Source: Vulcanimicrobiales bacterium
GTDB lineage: Bacteria; Vulcanimicrobiota; Vulcanimicrobiia; Vulcanimicrobiales; Vulcanimicrobiaceae
Assembly (NCBI GenBank): GCA_038231455.1
Contig: JBBRLI010000003.1
Coordinates: 148,917 to 212,916, forward strand
Reading direction: 5' to 3'
DNA: 64,000 nucleotides
Shown here piece by piece: positions 31,966 to 41,691 of the stretch. The translations under genes and the position numbers were made by a program. The notes beneath the pieces were generated by a model. It had not been told where the DNA came from, did no database searches, and worked only from the letters and a program-made list of their open reading frames with translations. Positions within the stretch are counted from its first letter, which is position 1; every line of letters starts with the position of its first letter.

Positions 31966-31970
31966 CATCT

Positions 31971-32047
<77 letters not shown>

Positions 32048-32059
32048 TCGGCGCCACTT

Positions 32060-32089
32060 ACTATACGACGGCGCACTAGGCACTGTCAA
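32060..32089 (-). promoter_or_regulatory. Sigma70-type promoter of tRNA-fMet
   Basis: TTGACA-18 nt-TATAGT on the minus strand. Confidence 0.8.
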
Positions 32090-32097
32090 ACGATTTT

Positions 32098-33132
32098 GTG
32101 AATCAGTCCCAAATGACCGACACGGATCTGCTTGTACTGCCCAAGGTGCAGCTCCATTGCCACCTTGAGGGAACGCTCCGTGCGGAGTCCTTTCGTGACC
32201 TCGCCGCGCACCACGGCGTGGAGATCGGCAATCGCGCACTTGTCCCGGTCGAACGAGCCTACGACTTCGCGACCTTCCGCGAGTTCTTGCTCCTCTTCGC
32301 CGAGGTGTGCAAGGCGCTAGCCGAGCCCGCAGACTTTGCACGTTTGGCGGAGGACTACGTTTCCGTCGCCGTGGCCGAGGGGGTTTGCTACGCGGAAGTC
32401 TTCGTCTCACCATCGGTCTGGACGTATTTCCACAAGGACCTCGATGTCCGCGCGACCTTTGCTGCGCTGCGCCGAACCTTCGACCGTGCGAGGGCCGAAC
32501 ATGGAATCGAGGTGCGGATGATCTGCGACCTCACGCGGAATTTTGGCGCCGAGCGGGCGATGCAGACGGCCGAAATTGCGATTGCCATGCGGGACCTCGG
32601 CGTCATCGGTGTCGGGCTCGGCGGCGACGAGGCGAACTTCCCGCCCAATCTCTACGTCGATAGCTACGTGCGAGCACGCGCGGCGGGCCTCCATGGCGTC
32701 GTCCATGCCGGCGAGGCAGCGGGAGCGGCGAGCGTCCGCTCTGCGATCGAGGATCTTGGGGCCGAACGGATCGGCCACGGCGTGCGGGCGATCGAAGACC
32801 AGGCGGTCGTCGCGCTCCTCGCCGAGCGGAAGATCCCAATCGAAGTCTGCCCAACCTCGAACCACCTCACCGGCGCCGCCCCCTCGCACCTCGATCACCC
32901 GATGGGTGCGCTCGATGCCGCGGGCGTCATCGTCACGATCGATGCCGACGATCCGGCGCTCTTTGGCACCTCGCTGCTTGCCGAGTACCGCTTCGTCGAG
33001 CAGACTCTCGGTCGCTCGACGCTCTTGCGCTTCGCCCGTAATGCGATCGACGCGAGTTTCGCCGATCATGCGACCAAGGCGCGTCTTCATGCGGCCTTCG
33101 ACGGGGCGGCGGCGCGTATCGTCGAAGTCTGA
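32098..33132 (+). CDS. add: Adenosine/adenine deaminase
   Basis: LPKVQLHCHLEG, HAGE, RIGHG, EVCPTSN, DADDP. Confidence 0.93.
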   Translation: MNQSQMTDTDLLVLPKVQLHCHLEGTLRAESFRDLAAHHGVEIGNRALVPVERAYDFATFREFLLLFAEVCKALAEPADFARLAEDYVSVAVAEGVCYAEVFVSPSVWTYFHKDLDVRATFAALRRTFDRARAEHGIEVRMICDLTRNFGAERAMQTAEIAIAMRDLGVIGVGLGGDEANFPPNLYVDSYVRARAAGLHGVVHAGEAAGAASVRSAIEDLGAERIGHGVRAIEDQAVVALLAERKIPIEVCPTSNHLTGAAPSHLDHPMGALDAAGVIVTIDADDPALFGTSLLAEYRFVEQTLGRSTLLRFARNAIDASFADHATKARLHAAFDGAAARIVEV

Positions 33133-33135
33133 GAA

Positions 33136-33825
33136 ATGGCCGGTCACACCCATTTCGATGAATCGACGGAAGAGTATCTCGAAGCCGTCTACCGGCTCGA
33201 ACGCGAGGGGCCGGGCGTAACAACCTCGGCGCTCGCCTCGGAGCTCGGCGTTGCGCCCGCGTCCGTCTCCGGGATGCTCAAGAAACTCGCCACCGATGGC
33301 TACATCGATCATCGTGCGCGCGGCGAAGCGAAGCTCACGCGTAAAGGCCTGGAAGTCGCCGTACGCGTGCTTCGGCGTCATCGCTTGGCCGAATGTTTCC
33401 TGACCGAGATGCTCGGAATGTCGTGGGATGAAGTGCATGCCGAGGCGTGCCGTCTCGAACACGCGATCAGCGCGCGCGTCGAGGAACGTCTTATCGCCGT
33501 GCTCGGCGATCCGAAAACGTGCCCGCACGGACACCCGATTCCGCCGGCCGACCTCTCCGATCCGGTGCGTCTTGGCGTACCGCTCGCGCAAGTTGCCGTC
33601 GGCGCGCACGCGCATGTCAACGGCGTGACGGAAGAAGTACCGGAGATGCTGGTCTATCTTGGCAAAATCGGCATGCGTCCAGGCGCGGCGATCGTCATTA
33701 CCGACAAGGCGCCGCTGGGCGGCCCGGTCACCGTGGACATCGAGGGATCTCCGCATGCGATTTCGCTCGAACTCGCGCGCATGGTGACGGTCATCGAAGC
33801 GAGCCCGGCGCTGCATAGCGCGTAA
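33136..33825 (+). CDS. DtxR/MntR-family metal-dependent repressor with FeoA domain
   Basis: EEYLEAVY, RRHRLAECFL, EACRLEHAIS, CPHGHPIP. Confidence 0.93.
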   Translation: MAGHTHFDESTEEYLEAVYRLEREGPGVTTSALASELGVAPASVSGMLKKLATDGYIDHRARGEAKLTRKGLEVAVRVLRRHRLAECFLTEMLGMSWDEVHAEACRLEHAISARVEERLIAVLGDPKTCPHGHPIPPADLSDPVRLGVPLAQVAVGAHAHVNGVTEEVPEMLVYLGKIGMRPGAAIVITDKAPLGGPVTVDIEGSPHAISLELARMVTVIEASPALHSA

Positions 33826-34442
33826 TGCTGACTAAAGGCCTCATCGCGGTCAACGTCCTCATCTTCGCCTGGATGTATTTCACCGGCGCGTATACGAGCG
33901 ACCCCGCGCTCCTCAACTACGGCGCGCTCTACGGACCCGCAGTCGACCATGGCCAGTGGTGGCGCGCGTTCACCGCGGCCTTCGTGCACGGGAACATCTT
34001 GCATATCGCAACAAACATGGTTGCGCTTTATCAAGTCGGTTCATTCGTCGAAGTGATCTTCGGACGCACGCGCTTCGTCATCATTTATCTCTTGGCGATC
34101 CTTGGTTCGGCCTATGCCGTCTACCACTTCAGCTACGCGATTCCGACGATCGGTGCGAGCGGTGCGATATTCGGACTCTTCGGTGCGATGCTCGCCGCGG
34201 GCTTACGCATGGGCGAACGCGGCCGGTATCTCGTGCAACAGACCGTGCCGATCATCGTCATCAACTTGCTGCTCGGCTTTACCCTGCTCTCAGGGATCGT
34301 CTCGAACGCCGGTCACATCGGCGGTTTGATCAGCGGCGTGTTCGCCGGTTACGTGCTCTTTATGATCCCACGCCGTACAGAAGTCGCCTACGATCCAAAC
34401 GAGCCGATCGAGGGCGAGGTCGTGGACGCGCCGCACGCGTGA
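33825..34442 (+). CDS. Rhomboid-family intramembrane serine protease
   Basis: QWWR, HIATNM, GASGAIFG, GHIGG. Confidence 0.94.
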   Translation: MLTKGLIAVNVLIFAWMYFTGAYTSDPALLNYGALYGPAVDHGQWWRAFTAAFVHGNILHIATNMVALYQVGSFVEVIFGRTRFVIIYLLAILGSAYAVYHFSYAIPTIGASGAIFGLFGAMLAAGLRMGERGRYLVQQTVPIIVINLLLGFTLLSGIVSNAGHIGGLISGVFAGYVLFMIPRRTEVAYDPNEPIEGEVVDAPHA

Positions 34443-36364
34443 GCCTCGACTCAATCGAGCAAACCTTCGGACCAGACGGTCCGATCGCAACGTCGCTCCC
34501 GGGATTCGAAGCGCGCCCGGGGCAAGTGCAGATGGCGCAGCTGATCGAACGCGGATTTCTCGAATGCGCGCACACCGTCGTCGAGGCGGGTACGGGTGTG
34601 GGCAAGTCGCTTGCCTACCTCGTCCCGGCACTGCGCTCGGGGAAGAAAGTTGTTATCTCCACGGGCACGATCGCGCTGCAAGAACAGCTCGTGCGCAAAG
34701 ACATTCCGCTTGTGACCAAGGCGCTTGGGATCAAGGCGCGCGTCGTGCTGCTCAAAGGCCGCAATCACTACCTGTGTAAGGCCAAGTACGAGCGCATGAG
34801 CGCCGAACGACTCGTCGCGCCGAGCGCATCGATGGAGCGTCTGTGGGCGTGGGCCGATGTCACGACGACGGGCGATCGCAGCGAACTCGATTTCACGCCG
34901 CGCGGCGATGATTGGGAGCAACTCGACGCCGACGCCGATGACTGCGTCGGCGAATTCTGCGACAAGTTCGCCGATTGCCACTTCTTTGCGCGTCGCGATG
35001 CAGCAAAATTCGCCGATATCGTCGTGGTCAATCACGCGCTGTTTTTCCTCGATCTTGCCATGGGCGGGCAACTTTTGCCGGCCTACGATTACGTCGTTCT
35101 CGATGAAGCGCATCAGGCGGAGCGCTACGCCACCTCCGCGATGACCGCGTCGCTCTCGCCGGGATCGGTCGCGCGCATGATGCGCCGTCTCCATCGCACC
35201 TATCATCTCCCGGCATCCTACGACGCGCAGATCGACGAGATGATGCGGCGCCTCACCTCAGCGCTTGCGCGGGTACCAGGCGAACGGTATCCGGTGCGTG
35301 CGAACGACGCAATCACAAGCGTTCTGGGCGAGGTGCGCGAGGCGTTTTATACCCTCGAGAACTGGCTGCACGCGAATTGGCAAACGGCGCTCCGCCGCAA
35401 GACGGACAACGAAGCGGAAGCCGAACGCCGTAAAGATCTTGCGATGCGCGCGATCGTCGCCCACATCGCGACGGTCGATCGTATCGAGCACACCGCAATC
35501 GAAGAATCGGCCGTTCCCGCGGATCAAATCGAAGCGGTCGCCTGGGTCGAGCGCGGCGATGACGGCCGCTACGCGATCAACGCCGCGCCGTTCGACATCG
35601 CGCCATTTCTACGCGGTACGCTCTTCGGGCGCACGCAGAGCGTCGTGCTCACAAGCGCCACGATCGCCGAGGGAAACTCGTTTGCGTTCTTTCGCGAGAT
35701 GCTCGGCGTCGATGAGGCGCAAGAACTCATCGCACCCTCTCCTTTCGATTATCGCGTGCAGGCGCGCTTATATCTTGCGCCGCCCTCACTCAACCCGAAG
35801 ACGCCGTCGTTTGCCAAGGCCGCAGCTCCCATCATCGAGGAGTGCCTGGATCGCACACGCGGTCGCGCGTTCATCCTCTTTACCTCGTACGCGCGACTGC
35901 ACGAAGTCTACGCGCTCGTGCGCGCAGGGTTGCCGTATCCGGCGAAGGTGCAAGGCGACATGCCGCGAGCCGCGCTGCTCGACTGGTTCCGAACCACGAA
36001 GAACGCGGTGCTCTTTGCGACCGGTACGTTTTGGGAAGGCATCGACGTCGTCGGCGATCAGCTCTCGTGCGTGATCATCGACCGGCTGCCATTTCCCTCA
36101 CCCGCCGATCCCCTCGTCGCCGCGCGACTCGCTGCGCTTGAAGCGCGGGGCAAATCGAGCTTCGAGCACTATATGATCCCGAGCGCCATCGTTCGTTTGA
36201 AACAGGGCTTCGGTCGCTTGATCCGCTCCAAAGCGGACCGCGGTTTGATCGTGCTGCTCGACGGACGGGCGCTTGGTATGCGGTACGGTGCGACTATTGT
36301 CGATGCGCTTCCGCCGTTTAAACGCATCGACGATCTGCGTGAACTCGACGAGCTGTTCGGTTAA
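34439..36364 (+). CDS. DinG/YoaA-family Fe-S DNA helicase
   Basis: EAGTGVGKS, KGRNHYLC, DEAH, TSAT, FWEGIDV, QGFGRLIR; true start is GTG 34439 overlapping the rhomboid stop. Confidence 0.94.
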   Translation: MSLDSIEQTFGPDGPIATSLPGFEARPGQVQMAQLIERGFLECAHTVVEAGTGVGKSLAYLVPALRSGKKVVISTGTIALQEQLVRKDIPLVTKALGIKARVVLLKGRNHYLCKAKYERMSAERLVAPSASMERLWAWADVTTTGDRSELDFTPRGDDWEQLDADADDCVGEFCDKFADCHFFARRDAAKFADIVVVNHALFFLDLAMGGQLLPAYDYVVLDEAHQAERYATSAMTASLSPGSVARMMRRLHRTYHLPASYDAQIDEMMRRLTSALARVPGERYPVRANDAITSVLGEVREAFYTLENWLHANWQTALRRKTDNEAEAERRKDLAMRAIVAHIATVDRIEHTAIEESAVPADQIEAVAWVERGDDGRYAINAAPFDIAPFLRGTLFGRTQSVVLTSATIAEGNSFAFFREMLGVDEAQELIAPSPFDYRVQARLYLAPPSLNPKTPSFAKAAAPIIEECLDRTRGRAFILFTSYARLHEVYALVRAGLPYPAKVQGDMPRAALLDWFRTTKNAVLFATGTFWEGIDVVGDQLSCVIIDRLPFPSPADPLVAARLAALEARGKSSFEHYMIPSAIVRLKQGFGRLIRSKADRGLIVLLDGRALGMRYGATIVDALPPFKRIDDLRELDELFG

Positions 36365-36447
36365 GCAGATCACAACGAGATTAGAATACGGTGCAGTATG
36401 CGGATGCTCACACGTCTTTTTTCGCTTGGAGGCGCTTAATAGAGTGT

Positions 36448-36696
36448 ATGGATCGAATACGATTTACTCCGCTCGACGACGGCACGAAGGCGCCGGTGTG
36501 TTGGCATTGCAGCAAGACCCTCCTTACCACGCATAGCGAAGCGCGCTATATGTATCGCCACGATGGCGAACGCGCGATTTTCGAGGACTGGGTCGCCTGC
36601 GACTGTGGCGCGTTCCAAAACATCCGGCGCGTGCACTCGATCACGATCGAAACCTTAAGCGGCGATAATATGAAAGACGATCTCTCCGCGCGGTGA
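36448..36696 (+). CDS. Small putative zinc-ribbon protein
   Basis: CWHC ... CDCG; 82 aa. Confidence 0.6.
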   Translation: MDRIRFTPLDDGTKAPVCWHCSKTLLTTHSEARYMYRHDGERAIFEDWVACDCGAFQNIRRVHSITIETLSGDNMKDDLSAR

Positions 36697-36710
36697 CGAA
36701 GGGAGGCCGC

Positions 36711-37706
36711 ATGATACGTGCGGTTGCTCTCGTTTTTATCTTGGTGTTGGGGTCAACGACTCCAACACTTGCCTGGGGTGCGCTCGGACATCGGCTCGTG
36801 AGCGCAAGCGGCGAAGCCGCCCTGCCGCCCTCGATGCCGGACTTTCTGCGCTCTGCTGCAGCAATTGCAGAAGTGGGCGATCTTGGGCCTGAGGCCGATC
36901 GCCTCAAAAGCTCGGGCCGCACGTGGAATTCCGATGATGATCCGGGCCACTACGTCGACCTTGCCGAGGATGGAACCGTCGGCGGGCTGGCGCTGACGGC
37001 GCTGCCGCCCTCGCGTGAGGAGTTCGATACGGCTTTACGGGCCGCCGGAACGGATCAATACAAGATGGGTTTTCTGCCGTACGAATTAATCGACGGCTAC
37101 CAGCAGATCACGACCGACCTTGCCTATTGGCGCGTGTTTGCGTACGGTGCCGTTCACGCGGCAAGTCCCGAGGACCGCGCGTTCTTTGTTTTCGAGAAGA
37201 TGCTGCGTGAAACGCTTACGCTGCGTGACATCGGCTACTGGAGTCACTTCGTCGGCGATGCTAGCCAGCCGCTGCACGTCTCAATTCACTTCAACGGCTG
37301 GAAAGAAAAATATCCGAACCTTGCGCGCGACCCGCACGGCCGCTTCGAGACGGCGCTCGTCCGCGCAGGCGGTGCCACGCAGGCGCTTGTTAGCGCGCGC
37401 ATGGCGCCCTATACGCCGTGGTCCGGAACGTACGAAGCCCACCTCGCAGCGTATCTCACGACCTCACTTTCGTTCATGCCGCGCGTCTATGCACTCGATG
37501 CGGTCGGAGCTATCGACGCTCACACTCCCGATGCCGTCAATTTGATGCTCGATCGTCTTGCAGCGGGCGCAAGCATGCTGCGCGACTCGCTCGCGGACGC
37601 ATGGACCGAGAGCGGATCGAAAAAAATCGGCTACCCCGCTGTGCCGGTGAGCGACATTGAATCGGGCACAACGCCGATCACGAAAGCCATGTTCGCAGGC
37701 GATTGA
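36711..37706 (+). CDS. Secreted S1/P1-family nuclease
   Basis: Signal peptide followed by WGALGH, HYVD, HFVGDASQPLH; GGAGG RBS. Confidence 0.88.
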   Translation: MIRAVALVFILVLGSTTPTLAWGALGHRLVSASGEAALPPSMPDFLRSAAAIAEVGDLGPEADRLKSSGRTWNSDDDPGHYVDLAEDGTVGGLALTALPPSREEFDTALRAAGTDQYKMGFLPYELIDGYQQITTDLAYWRVFAYGAVHAASPEDRAFFVFEKMLRETLTLRDIGYWSHFVGDASQPLHVSIHFNGWKEKYPNLARDPHGRFETALVRAGGATQALVSARMAPYTPWSGTYEAHLAAYLTTSLSFMPRVYALDAVGAIDAHTPDAVNLMLDRLAAGASMLRDSLADAWTESGSKKIGYPAVPVSDIESGTTPITKAMFAGD

Positions 37707-37707
37707 T

Positions 37708-37733
37708 GCTTGGGGAGCAGCCGCTCCCCAAGT
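37708..37733. terminator. Strong stem-loop directly after the nuclease stop
   Basis: GCTTGGGGAGC-AGCC-GCTCCCCAAGT; no U-tract. Confidence 0.5.
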
Positions 37734-37789
37734 GTGCTCCCGCCGCGTTTGGGTATATCCGTCGAGATTATAACTACGACGGAGAATCT

Positions 37790-38656
37790 ATGAAGAAACA
37801 AATCCTCGCGGCAATGGGTGCCGCTGCCCTTCTCGGTGGCACGGCGATGGCGCAAACGATGCCGCAACCCATGGCCTCGGGAATGCCGATGACGGCTGAT
37901 GCGCCGATGAGTGACGCGCAGTTCGTTGCGATGCTCTCGCGCGGAAATGAATCCGAGATCGCGCTTGCACGAGCGATCCTGGTACGCACGAAAAACGATG
38001 CGGTGAAAACATTCGCGCAGCGCATGATCGACGATCATTCCTCGGCCGAAGTCGCACTGCGATCTGCTGCGCGCCCCGGGAATTTCATCGTACCGACGAT
38101 GGTCGGTCGAATGAACGCGCAAATGGGTCGCGACCTGCTTGCCGAGAACGAGCCGCAGCTCGATACAGACTACATGCAAATGCAGCTCGACAGTCATCGT
38201 CGCGTCCAAGCCGCGCTCAAATGGGAGATCGCGAACGGGACGGACGGCGGTCTTAAAGCCTTCGCAAACGCTCAGGCCCCAATCGTCGCAACGCACGTTC
38301 AGATGGCGCTCGCTTACGGTGCGACCGATGGGAAATCGACCCGCATCAACGTCGGCGGTCAAGTCCTCGGCGCTGGGGCCTCGGGCAACGGCGGCGTAGC
38401 TGGTGGCAACGGCGGTGGCGGTCCGTATCGTCCAGGGGGAACCACGAGTGGAAACGGTACGCCGGCCAATACGAATAATGGCACAGCCGGAAATGCGCCG
38501 AATTCGTCGACCAGCGGCTCGACTACCGGGACGAATAACGGAAGTGGCGGCGTACAAAATACGCCGGGCTCGAAGGCTACGACGCCTCCGACCAGCCAGC
38601 AAACGCCAGCACCGAATACCGCTCCGACACCATCGCCCGCACCGAGCCCAAAGTAA
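37790..38656 (+). CDS. Secreted DUF4142 (ferritin-like) protein with Gly/Asn/Thr/Pro-rich tail
   Basis: SDAQFV..., VKTFAQRMIDDHS, DTDYMQMQLDSH, LKAFA....PIVATH; GGAG RBS. Confidence 0.8.
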   Translation: MKKQILAAMGAAALLGGTAMAQTMPQPMASGMPMTADAPMSDAQFVAMLSRGNESEIALARAILVRTKNDAVKTFAQRMIDDHSSAEVALRSAARPGNFIVPTMVGRMNAQMGRDLLAENEPQLDTDYMQMQLDSHRRVQAALKWEIANGTDGGLKAFANAQAPIVATHVQMALAYGATDGKSTRINVGGQVLGAGASGNGGVAGGNGGGGPYRPGGTTSGNGTPANTNNGTAGNAPNSSTSGSTTGTNNGSGGVQNTPGSKATTPPTSQQTPAPNTAPTPSPAPSPK

Positions 38657-38668
38657 CTTTTCTCAGCT

Positions 38669-40636
38669 TTACTCTTCCTTGTGCGCATCGGCTTTCGCAC
38701 GTTCTTGTAAATCGAGCACGACCGTCGAATCCGCAAGCGTGGTCGTATCGCCGAGCGTTCGACCTTCGGCGATATCGCGAAGCAACCGTCGCATGATCTT
38801 TCCGGACCGCGTTTTCGGAAGCTCTTGCGTGAATGTGAGCGACTTCGGTAGCGTGAACTTTCCGAGCTTCGCAGCAACGTGATTGCGGAGTTCGGTATTG
38901 AGTTTGTCGCTGGGTTCGATCCCGGCCTTGAGCGAGACGAAGGCGCAGATCGCCTGACCCGTCATCTCGTCGTTCTTCCCAACGACCGCGGCTTCGGCGA
39001 CGGAGTGATGGTCGACGAGCGCCGATTCGACTTCCGCAGTTGAAATGCGATGCCCGCTGATGTTCATCACATCATCGATGCGGCCCATGAACCAGTAGTA
39101 GCCGTTCTCATCGCGGTGGCAGCCGTCGCCCGCAAGATACTGGTGCTTGAATTTTTCCCAATACGTTTTTGCGTAGCGTTCGTCATCGCCCCAAATGCCG
39201 CGCAGCATCGAGGGCCACGGGCGCGTCAGCACGATGTATCCGCCGCCGCCGAGCGGTTGCGATTCGCCGGCTTCGTTGACGATGTCGACGCCGATTCCCG
39301 GCAGCGGTTTTGTCGCGCTACCCGGCATCGTTGTCGTGATTCCCGGCAGCGGCGAGATCATAATCGAGCCGGTTTCCGTCTGCCACCACGTATCGACGAT
39401 CGGCGCTTTGCCGCCGCCGATGTGCTCGTGATACCACATCCACGCTTCGGGATTGATTGGCTCGCCGACCGAGCCTAAGAGACGCAGTGAGGTGAGGTCG
39501 TGCTTTTCAATGTATTCCGTGCCCCACTTCATGAACGTGCGAATCGCGGTCGGCGCCGTATAGAGAATCGTGACTTTATAGCGCTCGACGAGGTCCCAGA
39601 AACGGTCCTTGTCGGGGAAGTCGGGTGTGCCCTCATACAGCAGGCTCGTCGCACCGAGACACAGCGGACCGTAGAGCGCATACGAGTGTCCCGTCACCCA
39701 GCCAAGGTCGGCCGTGCACCAGAAAATATCGCTCTCTTCTTTGAGATCGAAGACGAGTTTGAGCGTCGAGGTAACCCCGGTGAGATAACCGCCCGTCGTG
39801 TGCTTGATGCCTTTGGGCTTCGCCGTCGTGCCGCTTGTATACAGCAGAAAAAGTAGATCCTCGGCATTCATCCGTTCGGGTTCGCACGTCGAGGGTTGGT
39901 CGCGCACAGTATCATCCCACCAGTGATCGCGCCCGTCGACCATCGACACGGGATCGCCGACGCGTTTGGCAACGATCACGGATTTGAGCGACGGCATGCC
40001 TTTTGCGACCGCTTCATCGCAGATCGCTTTGAGCGGGATCTTTTTGCCGCGGCGCCAGCCTTGATCGGCGGTAATGAGCGCGACGCAATCCGAATCGTTC
40101 ACGCGGTCGACGATCGAGTCGGCGGAGAAGCCGCCGAAAATGACCGAGTGTACCGCGCCGATCCGCGCGCACGCCAGCATCGCGATCGGGAGTTCGACGA
40201 TCATCGGCATGTAAATCGCGACGCGGTCGCCCTTCTTCACGCCGAGCTTGCGCAAGCCGTTTGCGAAGCGGCACACCTCATCGAGGAGCTGCCCGTAGGT
40301 GACGGTCCAGCGGTCGCCCGGCTCGCCCTCAAAATAGTATGCGACCTTGGCGGCGCCCCCGGCTTGAACGTGCCGGTCGAGCGCGTTCACCGACGCGTTG
40401 AGTTCGCCGTCGCCGAACCATTTGGCGAAGGGCTCGTTCCATTCGAGGACCTTCGTGTATGGCTTCATCCAGGTCAGCTTACGTGCCCAGCTATCCCAGT
40501 AAGCCTCCGGATCGCGTTCGGCTTCCTCGTAAATCCCGGGCTGCGCGTTGGCCTGCGCGGCGAATGCCGGTGTGGGCGGGAACTGGCGCGCTTCCGTAAA
40601 GAGGGCATCGATGGCATTGGACGATCCGGTAGTCAT
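38669..40636 (-). CDS. acs: Acetyl-CoA synthetase
   Basis: YTSGTTAKPKG, DTWWQTETG, GRIDDV, PKTRSGKIMRR; start ATG 40636. Confidence 0.97.
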   Translation of the reverse strand: MTTGSSNAIDALFTEARQFPPTPAFAAQANAQPGIYEEAERDPEAYWDSWARKLTWMKPYTKVLEWNEPFAKWFGDGELNASVNALDRHVQAGGAAKVAYYFEGEPGDRWTVTYGQLLDEVCRFANGLRKLGVKKGDRVAIYMPMIVELPIAMLACARIGAVHSVIFGGFSADSIVDRVNDSDCVALITADQGWRRGKKIPLKAICDEAVAKGMPSLKSVIVAKRVGDPVSMVDGRDHWWDDTVRDQPSTCEPERMNAEDLLFLLYTSGTTAKPKGIKHTTGGYLTGVTSTLKLVFDLKEESDIFWCTADLGWVTGHSYALYGPLCLGATSLLYEGTPDFPDKDRFWDLVERYKVTILYTAPTAIRTFMKWGTEYIEKHDLTSLRLLGSVGEPINPEAWMWYHEHIGGGKAPIVDTWWQTETGSIMISPLPGITTTMPGSATKPLPGIGVDIVNEAGESQPLGGGGYIVLTRPWPSMLRGIWGDDERYAKTYWEKFKHQYLAGDGCHRDENGYYWFMGRIDDVMNISGHRISTAEVESALVDHHSVAEAAVVGKNDEMTGQAICAFVSLKAGIEPSDKLNTELRNHVAAKLGKFTLPKSLTFTQELPKTRSGKIMRRLLRDIAEGRTLGDTTTLADSTVVLDLQERAKADAHKEE

Positions 40637-40697
40637 GCCGCGAAATTTATATCGCCCGTCACCATGACCTTTTAGCGCCGGGGCCGAAAACGAAAAC

Positions 40698-41177
40698 ATG
40701 GAAAACGAGGGCCATGTCCAGTGGTTTGACGGGCTCTACGGCGGCTTACTCGCCGGAGCGATCGTGGCGGTCTTTTATGGGATCGTAAGCGTCGCTATTC
40801 TGCACGACTTCACGCTCGCGGGATTTTTCGCCGACGTCGCCTCGAGCGTGATCGGCTCGCGCGCTACACCCGACAACGGCGTCGCCGTTGCGCTCGGCGT
40901 CGGAATGCACTTCCTCATCTCGGGGATTTTCGGGCTCTTCTACGGGATTCTCGCCCTCAAATTTCGCTCGATGTGGCACGCCCCGTATTCGATCATCTGG
41001 GGCTGCTCGTACGGCTTCCTCGTGTGGTTTGTCATTGCGAACGTGATGGTGCCGGCATTCGGCATCGTCAACATTCAGCCGCTCTGGGAAGCCCTTGTTG
41101 CCAACATCGTGTTCTTCGGCTTCATCCTTTCTGAATACATCACGGTCATCCGATCGCGCAACGCCGCCACCGCGTAA
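40698..41177 (+). CDS. Four-TM membrane protein of unknown function
   Basis: GGLLAG, GVGMHF..SGIFG..YG, G.SYG..VW motifs. Confidence 0.75.
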   Translation: MENEGHVQWFDGLYGGLLAGAIVAVFYGIVSVAILHDFTLAGFFADVASSVIGSRATPDNGVAVALGVGMHFLISGIFGLFYGILALKFRSMWHAPYSIIWGCSYGFLVWFVIANVMVPAFGIVNIQPLWEALVANIVFFGFILSEYITVIRSRNAATA

Positions 41178-41677
41178 TTCTCGCCGGCCTTCTGCTTGCC
41201 GTCGCGCTCGTAACGGGCGCCGACGCGCGCCGTCATACCGCGCCATCGACGGGCCTTGCGGGCGTGCAGTACGATCGTGCACCGCCGAATTTCACGTTCG
41301 ATCTTGGCAACGGGCCGACGTCGCTTGCGGCGCTTGCGGGCCGTCCGGTGCTGATCAATTTTTGGGCGAGCTATTGCGAACCGTGCACGCAAGAACTTCC
41401 GGCATTCGAGAAAATCCGGCGCACGTACGGCAATCGCGTTGCGGTCATCACGCTCTCGAATGAGGGTGACGGCGCGCGCGACTATCTTATCGCGCACCAC
41501 TTCACTCTTCCGCTCGTCGACGATCGCGATAATGTGGTCTGGAAAAAATACGGCGTGCTGCCGATCCCGACGACCATTCTCCTACGCCCGAACGGAACGG
41601 TGCGCTACGTAACGGTCGGTGAAACGAGTTACGATGAATTCGCCGCGCTACTCGGGGCTCCGAACGCTGATTCTTAA
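41177..41677 (+). CDS. TlpA/ResA-family thiol-disulfide oxidoreductase
   Basis: LINFWASYCEPCTQELP, YGVLPIPTT; signal-like segment lies upstream of GTG 41264, so the start is uncertain. Confidence 0.88.
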   Translation: MLAGLLLAVALVTGADARRHTAPSTGLAGVQYDRAPPNFTFDLGNGPTSLAALAGRPVLINFWASYCEPCTQELPAFEKIRRTYGNRVAVITLSNEGDGARDYLIAHHFTLPLVDDRDNVVWKKYGVLPIPTTILLRPNGTVRYVTVGETSYDEFAALLGAPNADS

Positions 41678-41691
41678 GCGGATTGCTCGCT

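Noticed and set aside
27233-31970. Prophage, integrative element or anti-phage defence island next to tRNA-fMet
   Set aside because: No integrase, att duplication, phage gene or recognisable defence domain was seen
33956-34438. N-terminal 161 aa of the 802-aa ORF suggesting a helicase fusion
   Set aside because: It is an alternative frame of the rhomboid gene; helicase homology starts at GTG 34439
38360-38656. Gly/Asn/Thr-rich repeats as a possible RiPP precursor or DNA repeat
   Set aside because: Low-complexity tail of the DUF4142 protein; no modifying enzymes nearby
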